Assembly (NCBI GenBank): GCA_046318155.1 | Contig: JBKCUU010000005.1 | Location: 1 to 55,437 of the forward strand | DNA length: 55,437 nucleotides | Direction: 5' to 3' | From: Bdellovibrio sp. | GTDB lineage: Bacteria; Bdellovibrionota; Bdellovibrionia; Bdellovibrionales; Bdellovibrionaceae | Translations under genes and position numbers: made by a program | Shown: positions 9,040 to 18,876 of the stretch, piece by piece | Layout of the letters: every line of letters begins with the position of its first letter | Position numbering within the stretch: the stretch's first letter is position 1 | The notes under the pieces: model-generated | Database searches by the model: none | Seen by the model: only the letters and a program-made list of their open reading frames with translations | What the model was told of the DNA's origin: nothing

Positions 9040-10761
9040 TTAAGAAAATTGCATCGTGTGGAGCTTGGAGTACTCGCCATGTTTTTGAAGCAACTCGATG
9101 TGCGTGCCTGATTCAACAACTTGACCCGAGCGCAGCACATAAATGCGGTCAGCCTTAGCCACGGTCGAAAGACGATGTGCAATGACAAAAGCCGTGCGGC
9201 CCTCCATGAGGCGATCAAGTCCGCGTTGAACTTCGATTTCACTCTCGGAGTCCAGAGCACTGGTAGCTTCATCTAAAATCAAAACAGGCGCATCTTTAAA
9301 GAAGGCGCGGGCAATCGAGACACGCTGTTTTTCTCCGCCCGAAAGCAGGTTTCCACGATCGCCCACGCGGCTTTGATAGGCGTGAGGGGTCCTGCGGATA
9401 AAGGCGTCCGCGTTGGCATTTTTAGCCACAAGCTCAACGCGCGAGTTGTCTTTGGAAAAATCGCCGGCCCAGATATTGCGCTCAATCGTATCACTGAACA
9501 AAAAAACGTCTTGGGTCACTAATGCAATATGACTTCGCAAATCTTTCAGTGCAAATTGGCGAATCGGGGTTTCATCAACTAAAATCTCGCCGCTAGTGGG
9601 ATCAAAAAATCGCTCGAGCAAATTCACAAGTGTTGATTTGCCAGAGCCACTTGCGCCAACAAAAGCAATTAGCTGCCCGCGCTCAACGGTCAAGTTGACG
9701 TTGTTCAAAACTTTGTGGTCGCCATATTGAAACGAAACATTTCTGAACTCGATCTTTTTCCAAGTCACGGGAAAGGGCACTGGGTTTGAGACTTCAGGAA
9801 CTTCACTGTCTTCATCTAACAACGAGAAGCACCGCTTGGCCGCCACCGAAGTCTCTTGGGTGCGAACATAAGACTCTTGCATCTTCTTAATCGGAGAGCT
9901 GAGCATCAAAAGTGCTGCAATGTAGCTCATGAAATCACCGTAGGTTGCGCGTCCTGCCGAAATCTCGAGAGTCATGTAAAACAAAATTCCAAATGTCACG
10001 AGCGTCATTACGAACTCGGTCGAGGGCCCAGAGGCCTCAATTAATCGATGAATGCTGCGGCGAGAACGTAGAAAGTCAGTCGATTCATTTCGAAAACGCT
10101 TGGCCATCTCATCTTCGAGATTAAATGACTGAATAATGCGAACTCCGTCGAGACTCTCTTTAATTGTCGAGGTAATGCGCTCGAGATCCTCTTGGCCGGC
10201 AATGCTATACTTTTTGATTGAGCGCGACAGCATCCGCAGAAACCACAAAACAATGGGGAGCAGAATCAGAATCGAAATTGTGAGGCGCCAATTCAGATAA
10301 AACAGCGTCCCCATGAGACCAAAAAACAAAATGGGCTCGCGAAAGAAATCGGCGTACATGCGAAGGCCGTGAAAGATGACGACGATATCATTGAGAATGC
10401 GGCTGATAAGGCCACCAGAGCCGGAAGCATAGTTGTTATGAAATGAGAGGTTAAGCCGCATAAATTTCATCTGCAGCTTTTGCCGCAAACTTTGGGCCAC
10501 CAGCTCAGCCGTGAGGTTCATGTTAAAGAGATGAATATAACGAAAGACGCCTTTTAAAAAAGCCAGACCGATGATCCAGGCAAAGGTGTCTTTCATGAGT
10601 TCAATTTTGCCAAACTGAAGACCATCGAAGATGGGCTTGAGCAAGTTGACGCTGGCCGTATCGCAAATCGCCATCATGACGCCCGAGACGGCCACAACAA
10701 TGAGTCTGTTTTTGTACGCTTTAATTTCCAGGAGGATCCGTTTGATTTCGGGTGGCAGCAT
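9040..10761 (-). CDS. msbA: MsbA-like ABC transporter, fused permease/ATPase
   Basis: N-terminal TM domain, GASGSGKST, LSGGEKQR, LILDEATSALD, IAHRLST. Substrate is inferred. Confidence 0.75.
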   Translation of the reverse strand: MLPPEIKRILLEIKAYKNRLIVVAVSGVMMAICDTASVNLLKPIFDGLQFGKIELMKDTFAWIIGLAFLKGVFRYIHLFNMNLTAELVAQSLRQKLQMKFMRLNLSFHNNYASGSGGLISRILNDIVVIFHGLRMYADFFREPILFFGLMGTLFYLNWRLTISILILLPIVLWFLRMLSRSIKKYSIAGQEDLERITSTIKESLDGVRIIQSFNLEDEMAKRFRNESTDFLRSRRSIHRLIEASGPSTEFVMTLVTFGILFYMTLEISAGRATYGDFMSYIAALLMLSSPIKKMQESYVRTQETSVAAKRCFSLLDEDSEVPEVSNPVPFPVTWKKIEFRNVSFQYGDHKVLNNVNLTVERGQLIAFVGASGSGKSTLVNLLERFFDPTSGEILVDETPIRQFALKDLRSHIALVTQDVFLFSDTIERNIWAGDFSKDNSRVELVAKNANADAFIRRTPHAYQSRVGDRGNLLSGGEKQRVSIARAFFKDAPVLILDEATSALDSESEIEVQRGLDRLMEGRTAFVIAHRLSTVAKADRIYVLRSGQVVESGTHIELLQKHGEYSKLHTMQFS

Positions 10762-13607
10762 TACTTTCTCTGTGACGCAGCAGGGTTCATCGTGGCAATG
10801 TAGCGCTTTAGGTACTGTCCCGTCAGTGATTTTTTGCTTCGCATGATGTCTTCGGGGGTTCCTGTTGCGACCAGTCGGCCGCCTTTTTCACCGGCTTCTG
10901 GGCCCAAATCGATGACGTAGTCAGCCCCGCGAATCACATCCTGATTGTGCTCAACGACGACCACGGACCCACCGGCCTCAATCAGCTTATGAAGGACCTT
11001 CATCAGTAAGTCGACCTCTCGAAAGTGCAGGCCCGTCGTGGGTTCATCCAAAATATAGAGGGTGGACTTTTGAGTGACTTGCGAAAGCTCCTTGGCGATT
11101 TTTAGGCGCTGAGATTCGCCGCCAGAAAGCGTCGCTGCCGGTTGACCCAGCTGCAAGTAATCGAGACCCACTTCTTTAAGAACCGACAGCGGTTTTCGAA
11201 TATTGGGATGGGCGACAAAAAAACTCATTGCGTCCGCGACGGTGAGGCCCAAAATCTCTGAAATGTTTTTGCCTTTGTACTGAATCTCTAAAATCTCGTT
11301 GCGGTATTTTTTGCCGTCGCAAACATCGCAAGGAATGATGACGTTATCCATAAACATCATGTCGATTTCTTCATAGCCTGTGCCTTTGCAGCCGGGGCAT
11401 CGCCCACCATCAACGTTGAGTGAAAAAGTTCCGGGCGTGTATCCTCGGAACTTGGCCTCTGGAATTTGCGACATTAACGTTCGGATGGCATCAAATGCTT
11501 TTAGGTAGGTAATCGGAGAGCTTCGCGCGGACTTTCCAATCGAAGATTGATCAATCAGAAGAACGTTCTTCAAGTTCTCGGTTCCCTGGATGCTTTCGAA
11601 TGCGCGAGCGGGGATATACTCAACTTCGAGGGCGCGGGCCAACGCTGGATACAAGGTGCGAGTCACGAGAGTCGACTTTCCAGAGCCGCTCACGCCGGTC
11701 ACAACCACTAAACGATTCAGAGGAAAATCGACGTCCAAGTTTTTAAGATTATTGCCAACGCACCCATTGATTTTGATTTTGTATTTATACGTCTCAATAT
11801 CAACGGGCCTAGTTACGCGCGACTGAACCCAGTTCTTGTTTGGTAAAAGGTAAGGAACCGTTACTGACTTTTTATCTTTGAAAAAATCAGCGGTCGGACC
11901 CGAAAAGCAAACCTCTCCACCAAATGTCCCCGAACCTGGCCCCATCTCGATAACATTCTCGGCGTTTTTAATCACGTCGTGATCGTGCTCGACGATGACC
12001 ATTGTGTTTCCGAGGTCTTTGATATCGTTCAAAATTGAAATCAAGCGGTCGTTATCTCGAGGATGGAGTCCCACGGTCGGTTCGTCCAAAACGTAAAGAG
12101 CTTGTGAGAGACCCATACCCAGTTGGTTTGCCAGCATAATCCTTTGATATTCACCACCGGAGAGGGTGCGAGTCTCGCGGTCTAAGGATAAGTAGTGAAC
12201 ACCGACGCGCATAAGGTAAGACAGGCGGGCTTTAATTTGCTTGAGCACTTCACCCGAGATTTTGATTTGATAATCCGACAAAGTTAGTTTCTCAAAAGTC
12301 TGTGTCAGTTTTTCAATTGTCATCGAAGACAGCTCTTGGATTGAGAGATCCTTGATAAAAACAGAATTGGCCTCTTTGCGCAGGCGCGAGCCTTTGCAAT
12401 CGTGACACAGAAAAGGCGAGCGGTAACGAGAAATGAACACCCGCACATGCATCTTGTATTTGATCTGTTCAAGATATTCGAAAAGACCTTTCACACCAAA
12501 AAAATCTTTGCTGCCATTCCAAATAAGGTCGCGCTGAGGCTGGGACAAGTCTTGCCAAGGCTTATCCAGGGGTATTTTTTGTTTTTTGCAAAAGACCTCA
12601 AGTTGCTTTTTGTCCGCCGCCGCCGAAGGCATTTCAAACGGGTTTAAAGCGCCCCCTTTAAGACTCAGCGCTGGATTCGCAATGACTTTTTGTTCGTCCA
12701 AGGTGAGAATATTTCCAAAGCCTTTGCAGCTCGGGCAGGCGCCCATCGGACTGTTAAAACTGAAAAGCCGAGAACTGATCGGCGGTGGCGTGTACCCGCA
12801 AATCGGGCACGAGCTTTCTTCGCTGAGGTTCATCCGTTCGTTCGTGGTATTGACCACAACCGCTTGGCGCGTGGTCAAATTTTGATTGTACTTGACGCTG
12901 GCATTATAGGCCTGCGTGAGTGAATCAGAGAGACGGCCCTTTTCGTCTTCAGAAAAAGACATGCGGTCGATGACCAAAAAAAAGCTTTCTTTCGGCAGGC
13001 CTTTTTTAATCAAGGCTTTATCGCTCAGCTCAAGAATTTGAGGTTCGGCGTCTTTGTTCTTACCAAATGTGTAGGCGCGGAGGTAGCCGTCCTGCAAAAG
13101 AAGCGAGTGCAGCTTTTTACCTTCGGCCACGCGCCCATCCGCTGTGATCTCAGTTAAAATGTAGCCGCGCTGACCACTAAACTTCTCGATCACCCGATCG
13201 GTCGCCTCGGTCACACTTTGTTTCTCGCATTTGACTTTATGTGTGGGACAAAACGGTTCGCCGATTTTTTCATACAGCAAGCGCATGTAATCAATGAGTT
13301 CGGTCGTTGTTCCGACGGTTGAGCGCGAGCTCTTAACCGAGTTTTTTTGCTCGATCGAAATGGCGGGGGGAATGTTGTTAACGCCTTCGATGTCAGGCTT
13401 GGGGGCTTTGTTCAAAAACTGGCGGGCATAGTTGCTCATGCTCTCGATGAACAACCGTTGGCCTTCGGCAAATAAAGTTTCAAAAGCAAGTGAGGATTTG
13501 CCCGAGCCCGAGGGCCCGCACACAACTGTCATCGACCCCAGGGGAATTTCAACCTCAATATTCTTGAGATTGTTTTGCTTGACGCCCCAGAGGTGGATGG
13601 TTTTCAT
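10761..13607 (-). CDS. uvrA: Excinuclease ABC subunit A
   Basis: Two ABC modules (GPSGSGKSSLAF, GVSGSGKST, LSGGE x2), zinc fingers and LDEPT. Confidence 0.93.
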   Translation of the reverse strand: MKTIHLWGVKQNNLKNIEVEIPLGSMTVVCGPSGSGKSSLAFETLFAEGQRLFIESMSNYARQFLNKAPKPDIEGVNNIPPAISIEQKNSVKSSRSTVGTTTELIDYMRLLYEKIGEPFCPTHKVKCEKQSVTEATDRVIEKFSGQRGYILTEITADGRVAEGKKLHSLLLQDGYLRAYTFGKNKDAEPQILELSDKALIKKGLPKESFFLVIDRMSFSEDEKGRLSDSLTQAYNASVKYNQNLTTRQAVVVNTTNERMNLSEESSCPICGYTPPPISSRLFSFNSPMGACPSCKGFGNILTLDEQKVIANPALSLKGGALNPFEMPSAAADKKQLEVFCKKQKIPLDKPWQDLSQPQRDLIWNGSKDFFGVKGLFEYLEQIKYKMHVRVFISRYRSPFLCHDCKGSRLRKEANSVFIKDLSIQELSSMTIEKLTQTFEKLTLSDYQIKISGEVLKQIKARLSYLMRVGVHYLSLDRETRTLSGGEYQRIMLANQLGMGLSQALYVLDEPTVGLHPRDNDRLISILNDIKDLGNTMVIVEHDHDVIKNAENVIEMGPGSGTFGGEVCFSGPTADFFKDKKSVTVPYLLPNKNWVQSRVTRPVDIETYKYKIKINGCVGNNLKNLDVDFPLNRLVVVTGVSGSGKSTLVTRTLYPALARALEVEYIPARAFESIQGTENLKNVLLIDQSSIGKSARSSPITYLKAFDAIRTLMSQIPEAKFRGYTPGTFSLNVDGGRCPGCKGTGYEEIDMMFMDNVIIPCDVCDGKKYRNEILEIQYKGKNISEILGLTVADAMSFFVAHPNIRKPLSVLKEVGLDYLQLGQPAATLSGGESQRLKIAKELSQVTQKSTLYILDEPTTGLHFREVDLLMKVLHKLIEAGGSVVVVEHNQDVIRGADYVIDLGPEAGEKGGRLVATGTPEDIMRSKKSLTGQYLKRYIATMNPAASQRK

Positions 13608-16279
13608 TCCGAGAGATCCTGCTTGTAAAAGTCCGTGTCTTCTTCTTGTTGACTGCGGGACGTCTTAGGCTCAGTTCCTTCAAGAAAGGCTTGCCTGATA
13701 ATGTTCTTTGAAGAGGAACCCGCTAGCTCACCCGTGTCGCTGTCAATGTTAGCAAAGACGATACCCTCAGGCACTGGGAATGTCATCAACGGCAAGTCTT
13801 CGTGAGCCGCTTTCATGTAATCCACCCAAATCGGAAGAGCAGCGCGTCCACCGACCTCGCCGCGGCCCAAACTCTTCTCTTGGTCAAAACCGACCCAAAC
13901 ACCTGTAGAGATTTGTTCAGTATAACCGATAAACCACGCGTCAACATACCCGTTTGAACTGCCGGTCTTGCCCGCAACTTCGCGGCCAAGCGCACGCGCA
14001 CGTCCCCCGGTGCCATTACGATCCTCGACGACGGCTCGCAAAAGAGATGTGACCAAAAAAGCGGTTTGGGGTCGGATCAACTGTTCGGGATTTTCAAAGA
14101 AGATATGCGATTCAATTTTCTTTGGATCTTGAGCGGCTTGTTCCTCGGGAGAAAGCGTCGCCTTCGCGTCAAGGTAAGCTTTACGCCGAGTCTCAAATTC
14201 GTCTTCGATGGGGCGGATCTCCTTTTCAAAACGAAGATCCAAAGACACCGCATCCAGAATTTTTTTATTGCTTCGATCTTCAACTTTCTTGATCAAAACA
14301 GGGCGCAAACGTTTTCCGAGCTTACCGAATTGCCCAAAGACTTTTGTCATTTCATAGAGTGTGACGCTGCTTGAGCCTAAAACTAAGGTAAAGTCAGGAT
14401 TAAGCAGCGAGTAAATTCCGAGTCGCTTTGAGTATTCAACCGCATAGGGGACGCCGATGTCTTCGACAAATTTAAAGCTCGGAATGTTGAGTGATTTGAC
14501 CAAGGCATTACGAAAAATAATGTCGCCGCCAAAAGACTTTGAGTGGTTCGAAGGTTTCCAAACTTTGCTGTCACCTTGGCCCTCTTCGTCCTCGGAGTTT
14601 TTACCGTTGCTTTCGTCATAGACAAGCGGAGCATCCATGATTGGTGTCGCAGGTGTATAGCCGCGGTCCAAGGCCGCAGCATACACCAAGGCTTTGTAGG
14701 ACGATCCTGTTTGCCGAGCAGCTTGAATTGCGCGGTTGTATTTTGATTTCTCAAAATTTGTTCCACCAACCATCGCAAGAATGTCGTCGCTGGCATGATC
14801 AAAAGAGATCAAAGCGCCCTCGGCCACGGGATCTTGATCTAATTCAAGCTGGACGTATTTGCTGAAGTCAGGAAGGGTTTGAGGAGCCTCTTTCTTTTTT
14901 GCCTTATTCAATTTTGTGAGTCGCTCCGAAAAAAAATTCTCACTGATCACTTTTGCTAAGATGACATCGCCCATTTTTAAAGCTTGTGAGGGTTTTTTGA
15001 TGGTGTCCAAATCATAGCGTTTGTCGGTATTGGGTTTGCGTGCCCACAGCATGGACTCAATATCGATAAGCCCTTCGAGCTCAGCTACGCGCACATAAAC
15101 CAAACCATTGGCATCATCGACTTTTGAGACAACCGCTTTGGCTGTTTGTCCGGTCTTCAAGTAAAACGGCAGGCCCTTTTTGAGGTCATATCTTAAATTG
15201 AGTGGACCATAATCGACGAAGGTTCCATTGGGCTGAATCACCCGCTCCGGGTTCACGTCTTGAATCAGCTGATTACGAGTTTTGAGCAAAAACTCACCAA
15301 CACCTTTGGGGTCTGTGACGTTCTCGAGAGCTCCGCGGTATCCTTGGCGCTTATCAAGCGCTTTTAGACCGGTGATCATGGCCTCTTGAGCTGCCAGCTG
15401 GCGTTTCAGGTCAATCGAAGTGGTGACTTTAAGTCCCTTGTCCAAAACCATTTCGCCGCCAATTTGAGCGACCAGCATTTGCCTGACGGTTTCTAAAAAA
15501 TACGGTGCAAATTCTTGATAATTTTCGCGCAAATAAACTTTAACGGGTTCGAGGGCGGCTTTTTGAGCGATCTCTTTGCTCACATAACCAACGTCTGCCA
15601 TCCGATTCAAAACATAGACTTGCCGCTCTTTGGCACGCTTGGGATTTGTCACGGGCGAATAAGCACTGGGAGCCTTGGGAAGACCTGCCAAGATCGCCAT
15701 TTCAGCGAGTGAAATCTTCGCTGCGGGTTTTCGAAAGTAAGTTTGGGCGGCCACTTCAACACCGTGAGCGCCTTGTCCGAAGTAAATTTGATTGAGGTAA
15801 AGATAGAGAATCTCTTCTTTTGAGAGTTTTTCTTCCATGCGATGAGCCAGCAGGATTTCGCGAATTTTTCGTGTGTAAGTTTTTTCGGAGGTCAGCAGCA
15901 GCGTTTTTGCAACCTGCTGCGTGATTGTTGAAGCTCCTTGAACATTGGAACCCGCGCGTAAGTTCGCAATAAACGCGCGCATGATCGCCACCCAGTTGAC
16001 ACCTTTGTGTGCAAAGAACTGATCATCCTCGGCGGCCAAGAAGGCATTGACCAAATCTTTGGGCATTTTTTCGTAGGGAACAAGAATCCGGCGTTCATTG
16101 TAGAATTCGCCAATCTTTTTATTCGTACGGTCGTACACTTGCGTCACCAAGCGGGGTTCGTAATCCTTCAATGAATCCAGTGGCGGGAGCGCAGATTCGA
16201 CGGACTTGTAGCCGACATAGGCACCACCGGCACCGAGAACAACAAGAACGACAAAGGCGATCAGAATTTTTTTAATCAT
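13604..16279 (-). CDS. mrcA: Penicillin-binding protein 1A (transglycosylase/transpeptidase)
   Basis: N-terminal TM, EDxxFxxHxG, GASTITQQ, RKxxE, OB-like insert, SxxK (SSYK), SLN and KTG motifs. Confidence 0.92.
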   Translation of the reverse strand: MIKKILIAFVVLVVLGAGGAYVGYKSVESALPPLDSLKDYEPRLVTQVYDRTNKKIGEFYNERRILVPYEKMPKDLVNAFLAAEDDQFFAHKGVNWVAIMRAFIANLRAGSNVQGASTITQQVAKTLLLTSEKTYTRKIREILLAHRMEEKLSKEEILYLYLNQIYFGQGAHGVEVAAQTYFRKPAAKISLAEMAILAGLPKAPSAYSPVTNPKRAKERQVYVLNRMADVGYVSKEIAQKAALEPVKVYLRENYQEFAPYFLETVRQMLVAQIGGEMVLDKGLKVTTSIDLKRQLAAQEAMITGLKALDKRQGYRGALENVTDPKGVGEFLLKTRNQLIQDVNPERVIQPNGTFVDYGPLNLRYDLKKGLPFYLKTGQTAKAVVSKVDDANGLVYVRVAELEGLIDIESMLWARKPNTDKRYDLDTIKKPSQALKMGDVILAKVISENFFSERLTKLNKAKKKEAPQTLPDFSKYVQLELDQDPVAEGALISFDHASDDILAMVGGTNFEKSKYNRAIQAARQTGSSYKALVYAAALDRGYTPATPIMDAPLVYDESNGKNSEDEEGQGDSKVWKPSNHSKSFGGDIIFRNALVKSLNIPSFKFVEDIGVPYAVEYSKRLGIYSLLNPDFTLVLGSSSVTLYEMTKVFGQFGKLGKRLRPVLIKKVEDRSNKKILDAVSLDLRFEKEIRPIEDEFETRRKAYLDAKATLSPEEQAAQDPKKIESHIFFENPEQLIRPQTAFLVTSLLRAVVEDRNGTGGRARALGREVAGKTGSSNGYVDAWFIGYTEQISTGVWVGFDQEKSLGRGEVGGRAALPIWVDYMKAAHEDLPLMTFPVPEGIVFANIDSDTGELAGSSSKNIIRQAFLEGTEPKTSRSQQEEDTDFYKQDLSE

Positions 16280-16303
16280 AGGCTTTAAATTCTATCCCCA
16301 AAT

Positions 16304-16332
16304 GAAAAAACCCGCATGGAGTTGCGGGTTTT
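16304..16332. terminator. Intrinsic terminator, probably bidirectional
   Basis: aaaaaacccgca-tggagt-tgcgggtttt downstream of CDS 16366-17775. Confidence 0.75.
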
Positions 16333-16365
16333 CGGATGCTTCGTGTTAGGACCGAAGTCGGGTGA

Positions 16366-17775
16366 TTACAAGCCGTCAGTTCCACGAACAGCAGGAGTGC
16401 TGGGCCGAGGACCTCCCGGAGCAGGAACGGCTGGTGTTCCGGTTGTTGAAGTCGAATCGACATTCGGGCAGTTCGTGCAACCTTGGCAGGCAGCACTTGC
16501 CGTTCGAGCCTCATCAATTGCACCTTGTGCTTCTTGCGGAGACTTTTCTCCTGCGGGTGAAGAGCCAAGAGACGCCAATTCGTTGGAATACTTGTTCATT
16601 CGCATTTGAGACTTCTGGAGGTCCGTCGAAAACGTCTGCACGCGTTGCCTCGTTGCGGCATCAATTGTTTGCTGCTCATTCATCAAAATTTGCATGCGAT
16701 TCGTTCGTTCTTGGCCCGCCTGTGATTTGCTCTGGAGTTGTTCGGCAGCCTGTGTCGCCATGTTTTGGTTACGTAAGCTAAGAGCTTGTTCAAGACCTTT
16801 GATGCGCTCTTGCTTCTCTGCAATTTGTTGTTCAATTGCTTCAATATTTCGGGCCGTGGATTCGCGAGTTGCTTCGCGCAAGGTCATCATCTCTTTTATG
16901 CAGGCTTGAAAACCTGCTTCAAGGCGTCGGCGACGCTCACGGCTGTTCTGCATGATTGTATTTGCAGATCCTGCCCGCAACGCTTGTTGGGCATCTCTTA
17001 GTTTTTCTAAGTTTTCCATACAATTCGTCTGAATGGCGGCATTTGACAGTTTTGCTAAAGTCGACGTTCGCTGGCCAATTGTGTTCGCTAACTGACCCTG
17101 ATCCTGAAGAATGGCAATGCGCAAATTCCGAACCTCAGAAGCGATCTTCACGCTGTCAGCTTGAGCTTGTTCTGATTGCGTGCGGCTTTCCGAAGCAGAC
17201 TTTACATCCTCTTCGCGTGAATTGCGCATAAGATCTTGAAGCGCTTCATTGGCTCTTCGTTTATCACGCTCAGCATCCTCTTGTGCCTTTGTGATATCTT
17301 TTTGAATTTGAGAAACTTTATCTTCGGCTTTTTCCAGATTTCGGTTCGTCTCATTCAGCTGTTCTCTGTGATCTTTGCGGTTCATACACTGCCCACGGTA
17401 CTGCCCCATTGACATGCTTGGCGTGTTAATCCCAAGACCCGTAAAAATCGAACTGATCGTATTGTTGAGAACAGCATCGCCATCCGCTTCTGTTGTATTG
17501 GCTTCGATGCACTCCGTGGCTTTTTCAACGCATTTATCCCATGTCGTTCCTGCAGCACTACAGGCCGTGCGGGCCTTTCCGAAAGCGGCTTGAGCCGTTG
17601 CTACAGTGGATGTGCAAGACCTGCGTCTTTCGAGCTCAAGCTCTTCTGTAAGCGGGCGATAACTTTGAACTGCAACTGTGCCGGGAGCCGCGGGAGCCGC
17701 AGGAGCTTGAGCGAACGCGAAAGTGTCGAGAAAGATGACAGTCGATAAGAGGATGAAGCGTGTAATCGTAATCAT
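16366..17775 (-). CDS. Hypothetical secreted coiled-coil protein with Cys pairs
   Basis: Signal peptide ending AFA, long Q/E/R/A-rich heptad region, Cys clusters at both ends and a Pro-rich tail. Confidence 0.78.
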   Translation of the reverse strand: MITITRFILLSTVIFLDTFAFAQAPAAPAAPGTVAVQSYRPLTEELELERRRSCTSTVATAQAAFGKARTACSAAGTTWDKCVEKATECIEANTTEADGDAVLNNTISSIFTGLGINTPSMSMGQYRGQCMNRKDHREQLNETNRNLEKAEDKVSQIQKDITKAQEDAERDKRRANEALQDLMRNSREEDVKSASESRTQSEQAQADSVKIASEVRNLRIAILQDQGQLANTIGQRTSTLAKLSNAAIQTNCMENLEKLRDAQQALRAGSANTIMQNSRERRRRLEAGFQACIKEMMTLREATRESTARNIEAIEQQIAEKQERIKGLEQALSLRNQNMATQAAEQLQSKSQAGQERTNRMQILMNEQQTIDAATRQRVQTFSTDLQKSQMRMNKYSNELASLGSSPAGEKSPQEAQGAIDEARTASAACQGCTNCPNVDSTSTTGTPAVPAPGGPRPSTPAVRGTDGL

Positions 17776-17805
17776 GTGGCGTTCTCCCTTCAGGAAGAAT
17801 AAAGA

Positions 17806-17820
17806 GCAAAACAGGTGCCC
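17806..17820 (-). promoter_or_regulatory. Putative sigma54 -24/-12 promoter
   Basis: Minus strand reads GGGCACCTGTTTTGC (GG-N10-GC), 30 nt upstream of the 17775 start. Confidence 0.65.
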
Positions 17821-17929
17821 AGAATCGTCGCTGTGTTGAGTTTGTTCTCATAGAGGATAAGGGACAACGCTCTCTTGTCTCAAAATGAAATGCTAGCCAT
17901 CAACCTTAGGTCGAGGTAATCTCTTCGCC

Positions 17930-18208
17930 ATGCAAAAGGGTTTTAATTCTGATATCCAGGTTAAGGGAAAGCCTTTCCATATCCAGACCGAAGACTGGGG
18001 TTCGCAAAAACCCTTCGTCGTCACCCGGGTTTTTTGTGCGGGGGCGGTGGTTAAAACGATCAAGACTCCGTATGCAGAAGCCCTGCGAGGTGGTCCGACA
18101 AATCAAACTGAAGCCGTGAAGCTAGCCCTTCGTCAACAGCATCACCGCATCTTAGACCAGCTTATTTCAGGACAATTGGACCTCTGCGCGACTTCTTCTA
18201 GAGTATAA
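17930..18208 (+). CDS. Small conserved hypothetical protein upstream of ftsE
   Basis: 92-aa ORF with GAGG RBS, containing GFN...HIQTEDWG and QQHH, ending 2 nt before ftsE. Confidence 0.75.
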   Translation: MQKGFNSDIQVKGKPFHIQTEDWGSQKPFVVTRVFCAGAVVKTIKTPYAEALRGGPTNQTEAVKLALRQQHHRILDQLISGQLDLCATSSRV

Positions 18209-18210
18209 GG

Positions 18211-18876
18211 ATGATCGAATTCTCGCATATCTATAAGACGTATCCAGGGCCGATCCACGCCTTGAAGAACATTGACCTCAACATTGCCAAGGGCGAATTT
18301 GTTTTTCTCACGGGCCCCAGCGGCGCCGGGAAAACGACGCTTTTTAAAATGCTCTCGGCTTATGACCGTCCGACCTCAGGTCAACTCAATGTCGCGGGTT
18401 TTGATCTCGCACACCTCAATCAAACGACCGTCGCACAATTTCGCCGGCGTGTGGGTGTTGTGTTTCAAGACTTTAAGTTGCTCAAAGATCGCACCGTTTT
18501 TGACAATGTCGCACTTCCTTTGGTGGTTCGCGGCGATCGCCCGTCATCGATCCAGGCGCGGGTCGAAGATATCTTGGCACAGGTGGGGCTTTCGCAAAAA
18601 GCCGATCAGCTTCCTGATTTTATCTCAGGGGGAGAGCAACAGCGCACCGCCATTGCGCGTGCTCTTGTGCACCATCCAGGAGTTTTGATCGCGGATGAGC
18701 CCACCGGAAACTTAGACCCTCGACTGAGCATTGAAATTATGGAATTGCTGGAAAGGGCTTGCGCCCAAGGGACAACCGTTTTTGTGGCCACGCATGATCA
18801 CGAAATGGTGAAGGCGCGCAAGCACCGCACGATTGAGCTCTTGCAAGGACAAGTCATTGCCGGAGCTCGCCCATGA
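18211..18876 (+). CDS. ftsE: Cell division ATP-binding protein FtsE
   Basis: GPSGAGKTT, VFQDFKLL, SGGEQQR, ADEPTGNLD, ATHD; adjacent to ftsX. Confidence 0.95.
   Translation: MIEFSHIYKTYPGPIHALKNIDLNIAKGEFVFLTGPSGAGKTTLFKMLSAYDRPTSGQLNVAGFDLAHLNQTTVAQFRRRVGVVFQDFKLLKDRTVFDNVALPLVVRGDRPSSIQARVEDILAQVGLSQKADQLPDFISGGEQQRTAIARALVHHPGVLIADEPTGNLDPRLSIEIMELLERACAQGTTVFVATHDHEMVKARKHRTIELLQGQVIAGARP

Noticed and set aside
8925..9272. N-terminal 116-aa extension of the sigma54 activator in the ORF track
   Set aside because: It overlaps the ABC transporter 3' end, and a good RBS precedes ATG 8924.
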